DNA from: Anolis carolinensis
Lineage: Eukaryota
Reading direction: 5' to 3'
NCBI RefSeq assembly: GCF_035594765.1
Contig: NC_085846.1
Span: 23,795,190 to 23,859,189, forward strand
DNA length: 64,000 nucleotides
Below, in pieces: positions 60,161 through 64,000 of this stretch. Numbering within the stretch: the stretch's first letter is position 1; every line of letters starts with the position of its first letter. The notes under the pieces were generated by a model. The model was not told the DNA's origin and made no database searches. It saw only the letters and a list, made by a program, of their open reading frames with translations. The translations under genes were made by a program, and so were the position numbers.

Positions 60161-61355
60161 ATTTATTTATTTATTTTACATGTCAGAAGCGAATTGAGAA
60201 TACAGTTATAATGTATAAAAACCACAAACAAAGTTAAAAACTTGGCATTATACTAAATTTTCTTTGACTAGAAGCTGGCCAATTTGAGTGCTTCTGGTGT
60301 CACTTTAAGAAGGTCCTGAATTGTGCATTTGGCAGGGCTTAGACTGCATCGTAATAAGTGATCTGTGGTTTACTCTTCTCCACACTCGTGTGTTGTGCAC
60401 TCCACATTGTAGCCCCATTTCTTAAGTTTGGCTTTGCACTTGTGGTGCCAGAGCATAGTCTGCTCAGCGCCTTCCACGTCATCCAGTCTTTTGTGTGCCC
60501 AGGAGGGAGTTTCTTATCCGGTATCTGTCACTATTGAGGTTCCAGGTTTTAGCCTGCCACTTTTGGACTTTCGCTTGCTGAGGTGTTCCTATGAGTATCT
60601 CTGTAGATCTTAGAAAGCTAATTCTTGATCTAAGACATTGGCATGCTGGCTGATATCCGAACAGAGTATGGGCCAGAGATGTGAATGCCTTGGTCCTTTC
60701 AGTGCTCGCTGCTACTTCAAGTGGTGCAATACTGGCTAAACAGTATAATTTCTCCAGCGGTGTAGGGCGTTGACATCCTGTGATAATGCGGCATTTCTCA
60801 TTAAGAGACACACACATTCAGCAGAGTAGCAAAGCACAAGGGCAGATGTCTTCACTGTGTTTGGTTGTGATCCCCAGGTTGTGCCAGGCAGCTTTTGTAT
60901 GATATTATTTCTAGCACCCACTTTTTGCTTGACAATCAAGCAATGCTTTTTCTAAGTCAGCACGGTCCAGAGTAACTCCTGGGTATTTTGGTGTGCTACA
61001 ACGCTCCAGTGGGATTCCTTCCCAGGTAATCCTCAGAACTCGAGATGCTTGTCTATTCTTAAGATGACAAGCACACATATGTGTTTTAGATGGATTAGGA
61101 ATCAGCTGGTTTCCCCTGTAAGAGCACCTAAAACTTCGGAGAGCTTCTGTTCAACCATTTCAAAACTCCCTGCTTGACCGGTGATGGCATGATCATCAAC
61201 ATAGATGAAACTCTCTGTCCCTTCTGGAACTGGCTGATCATTTCTGTAAATGTTAAACATTTCTGGAACAAGCACGCTCCCCTGGTGCAGGCCTTTATTC
61301 TGTTTTCACTATCTACTTCTCTGGCCTTGGAGCTCCACAAAAAAGCTCCTTTTTT
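60161..61355 (-). mobile_element. 5'-truncated, decayed Vingi/Ingi-clade LINE
   Basis: Minus-strand remnants GLHQGSVL, FIYVDD and CRIITGC.RPTP...LASIAP; (AAAT)n tail at 60161. Confidence 0.82.
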
Positions 61356-61505
61356 CATAAATCACTGTGTTCATTCAGAATGCTGCAGAAATCATCTATA
61401 TAAATAAAAGTAGTCATGAGAGTTAGAAACCTGTGGATTTTCCTTTTTTAAATGAAATATCAAGTTCTAGAATTGTCTTAATAATGTCTAATCCTGTCCC
61501 TGCAG

Positions 61506-61717
61506 TTCCTTTGCATGGCCAATCCCCTCTGGTGACAGGGGAGCGCATCCCCTCCAATCTGCGGACTGTAAACAAGCTGCCTCGGCACCGACCTCTGAGC
61601 CGCACCCAGTCATCACCACTGCCTCAAAGCCCTCAAGCATTACAGCATTTGGTTGTGCAGCAACAGCATCAACACTTCTTGGAGAAGCAGAAGCAACAAC
61701 AGATTCAACTGGGAAAG
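61506..61717 (+). CDS. HDAC5: HDAC5 coding exon J (14-3-3 site equivalent to S498)
   Basis: ctgcag acceptor, AAG|gtgggc donor, 212 bp, phase 1-0. [14 protein letters not shown]...[24 protein letters not shown]...QIQLGK. Confidence 0.97.
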
Positions 61718-62177
61718 GTGGGCAGAGAAGGTGGTGGTTCATCTGGTTAAGATACGGGGGTCTGAATTTTGCAACTCTTGCATGCTGGGCTTCTTGTATA
61801 TTAATTTTTGTTAGGACAATATATTATATAATATATAATGTTAGGACAGTGGGTAGGAGTGAGTGGCCCTCTTCCTGTTTTCTCCTTATCACTTCCACTA
61901 TGTTGTAAGCTAGTTTGGGTTGCTATCTCCCATCCTGTACCTTCCTGCCTTAGGACAGAGAAGTGGAGTTGCATTGTTATTGTTTTCTCTCAGTTTCCTC
62001 TCTGTTCTGCAATGAATTGAAAGAAGTGGCAAGTAGAACCAAAAACTCAGCTAGTCAAGAAGGAAGAAAAACTTGAATGCTGCCTCTAAGCTGGTCTCTT
62101 TGGACCCAGTGAGACCATCATTGCAGAATTTGGTAGCAAAGTGAAACTATGATTTCTTCTTCTGTTGTTGTTGTTAT

Positions 62178-62335
62178 ATTTATTTATACCACACCTTTTC
62201 TCCCCAAAAGAGACTCAAAGCAGCTTGACATAAAAGCATTAATATACAATTAAAATATATACAAAAATGCAAATATTAAAATAGAATTAAACACAAGCAG
62301 CATTTAAAAAGTCATAGTTAAAATCTATCAAAACA
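62178..62335 (-). mobile_element. L2 3'-end fragment
   Basis: atttatttataccacacc...gagactcaaagcagctt; similar to 22225. Confidence 0.65.
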
Positions 62336-62362
62336 GTATTATTATTATCCTGCTTTTTGTAG

Positions 62363-62656
62363 ATCATCACCAAGACTGGTGAGCTGCCACGACCACCGAC
62401 CACACACCCTGAAGAAACAGAGGAAGAGCTTACAGAGCAGCAGGAGACATTGGGCTTAGGTTTGAGCCAAGGGCCTTTTCTGGTGGATGGGTCAACAGAG
62501 AGTGAGGAAACACAGGATGACTTAGAGGAGGAGGACAAAGTGGTGGAGGAGGAAGAGGAGGAGGAGGTGGTTGAAGAACAAGTAAAGGATGAAGCTGGAG
62601 AGAACAAGCTGGAAGAAGAACAGGAGGTGGAAGAGCTGGGAGTGACCTACAGACAG
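62363..62656 (+). CDS. HDAC5: HDAC5 coding exon K (acidic region)
   Basis: ttgtag acceptor, CAG|gtgagg donor, 294 bp, phase 0-0. IITKTGELPRPPTTHPEETEEELTEQQ...GSTESEETQDDLEEE...QVKDE...GVTYRQ. Confidence 0.95.
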
Positions 62657-63543
62657 GTGAGGACTGCATTTGTTCATTCTGTTTTTTACTTATTTATTTT
62701 TTTAAATCATCCATTTCGATAATCATGTGATCTCAGGGTGGGAAAAAGATAAAATAATATAAACAACTTGAGATTGAATTGATCATATTAGAAGCTGGAG
62801 TAATCCACCAAATCGATAGATTCAGGATAGACAACCATAAATATTTCATACAGTACCTAATTAGTCGGGAAATTTCTCAGCCCAGGAATTGGTGATGACT
62901 ACTGGCTTAGATGGTGTGGGCATTTTAGGTAAAAACAGATTCTGGAATAGTGGCCCATAAATATCTTAGAATGGAGATAAATTATTTTTTGGATCACAGG
63001 TAAATTACTTACAGCCATCTAGCTACCGCACGCAGCTTGGCTAATGGCTGATGTGTCAGAGTAATGCGCACAGCGTAGCAGCAGATGTATGAAGTCAGTT
63101 GAGCGCAGAACACTATCTATGCACAAATCCCACATTAACATGATGGACCCAAGGGTTTGTTGTCCAAAAACTAATTTTTCACAGTTCTGCAATAACTACT
63201 AATTGTGACATCTGCATGCAGTCTCTGTCTTCAAAGACAATGTCTTGGTCTCTGGAAAAGATATATTGGACTTTTCTTGGAAGCTATGTCTTTCTCTGAG
63301 TAAATGTATAGCTCGCTCACTGTAATTTAGATCCTCCTGTCAGGAAGCATAATTTGATGTGATTGCCAAAATGATTATAAGATTTTTGTAATTGACTATC
63401 ACCTCATATGTCTGCTACTTGGCAGCAAGGACAGGAGAAGGCTATCACTTCCAATTTATTGCTGGTGGTCTTCCATAGGATACAAGATAGTATGTCAGGC
63501 ATTATTCTGATCCTAGTAGTGGTCCTCTTACGTTCTTATAAGG

Positions 63544-63678
63544 CAGTGGTACTCAACCTGTGGGTCCCCAGGTGTTTTGGCCTACAACTCCCAGAAATCC
63601 CAGCCAGTTTACCAGCTGTTAGGATTTCTGGGAGTTGAAGACCAAAACATTTGGGGACCCACAGGTTGAGAACCACTG
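63544..63678. mobile_element. 135-bp hAT MITE
   Basis: TIRs as at 2094; perfect TSD ttataagg. Confidence 0.92.
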
Positions 63679-64000
63679 TTATAAGGAGATGATGAGTAGT
63701 CAGTCTTTTTTTTTTTTTTTGAGCAGGGGAAAGAAGTAAAATCCTTACAACACTATTATTTGGGGGAATGGTCAGGTATAGTGTTGACAGCAGGATGATA
63801 CAGTGTTACCATGTAAGAGCAGACTCTGGAGCATTGCAAGATGCACAGGAACATGAAAAAGAAGTAAGGCAGCATCATTTGTTTCCATACCTCATGCCAT
63901 TCATTTGAGATAGCACTAGTGGAGTTTACAAAAGGGAGAGTGACTCATCTTCTACCTCACAGCCATCATTTCTGTCTCTCTCCTGCCCTTGTTTTCTCTG

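Noticed and set aside
33625-62656. HDAC4, HDAC7 or HDAC9 identity
   Set aside because: Diagnostic segments ([48 protein letters not shown]) match HDAC5.
62287-62669. Antisense Ser/Pro-rich ORFs (also 34994-35356, 59432-59713, 61488-61742)
   Set aside because: Shadows of low-complexity HDAC5 exons on the opposite strand.

Overview
Vertebrate genomic DNA, most likely a squamate lizard (Anolis-like repeat landscape). The window lies inside the + strand class IIa histone deacetylase gene HDAC5. Eleven coding exons (5326-62656) have canonical GT-AG borders and consistent phases. They encode the N-terminal regulatory half: CtBP-type motif, Gln-rich helix, MEF2-binding motif, NLS, two 14-3-3 sites and an acidic stretch. 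The usual first coding exon is upstream of the window and the deacetylase-domain exons are downstream. The introns (the first is about 28 kb) are full of mobile elements: CR1, L2, Vingi/Ingi, R4/Dong and Penelope retroelements, tRNA- and 5S-derived SINEs, and hAT, Tc1/mariner and Harbinger-like MITEs. The most unusual object is an R4/Dong insertion in a (TAA)n tract (18987-19856). Its 5' end is inverted and joined end-to-end to a copy of mature, CCA-bearing tRNA-Asp. Also notable: two candidate alternative HDAC5 N-termini with nearby MEF2 sites, a Penelope hammerhead ribozyme remnant, a SINE whose tail matches the Vingi LINE, and two non-TE inverted repeats. Family names and comparisons with human proteins are from memory, not from searches.
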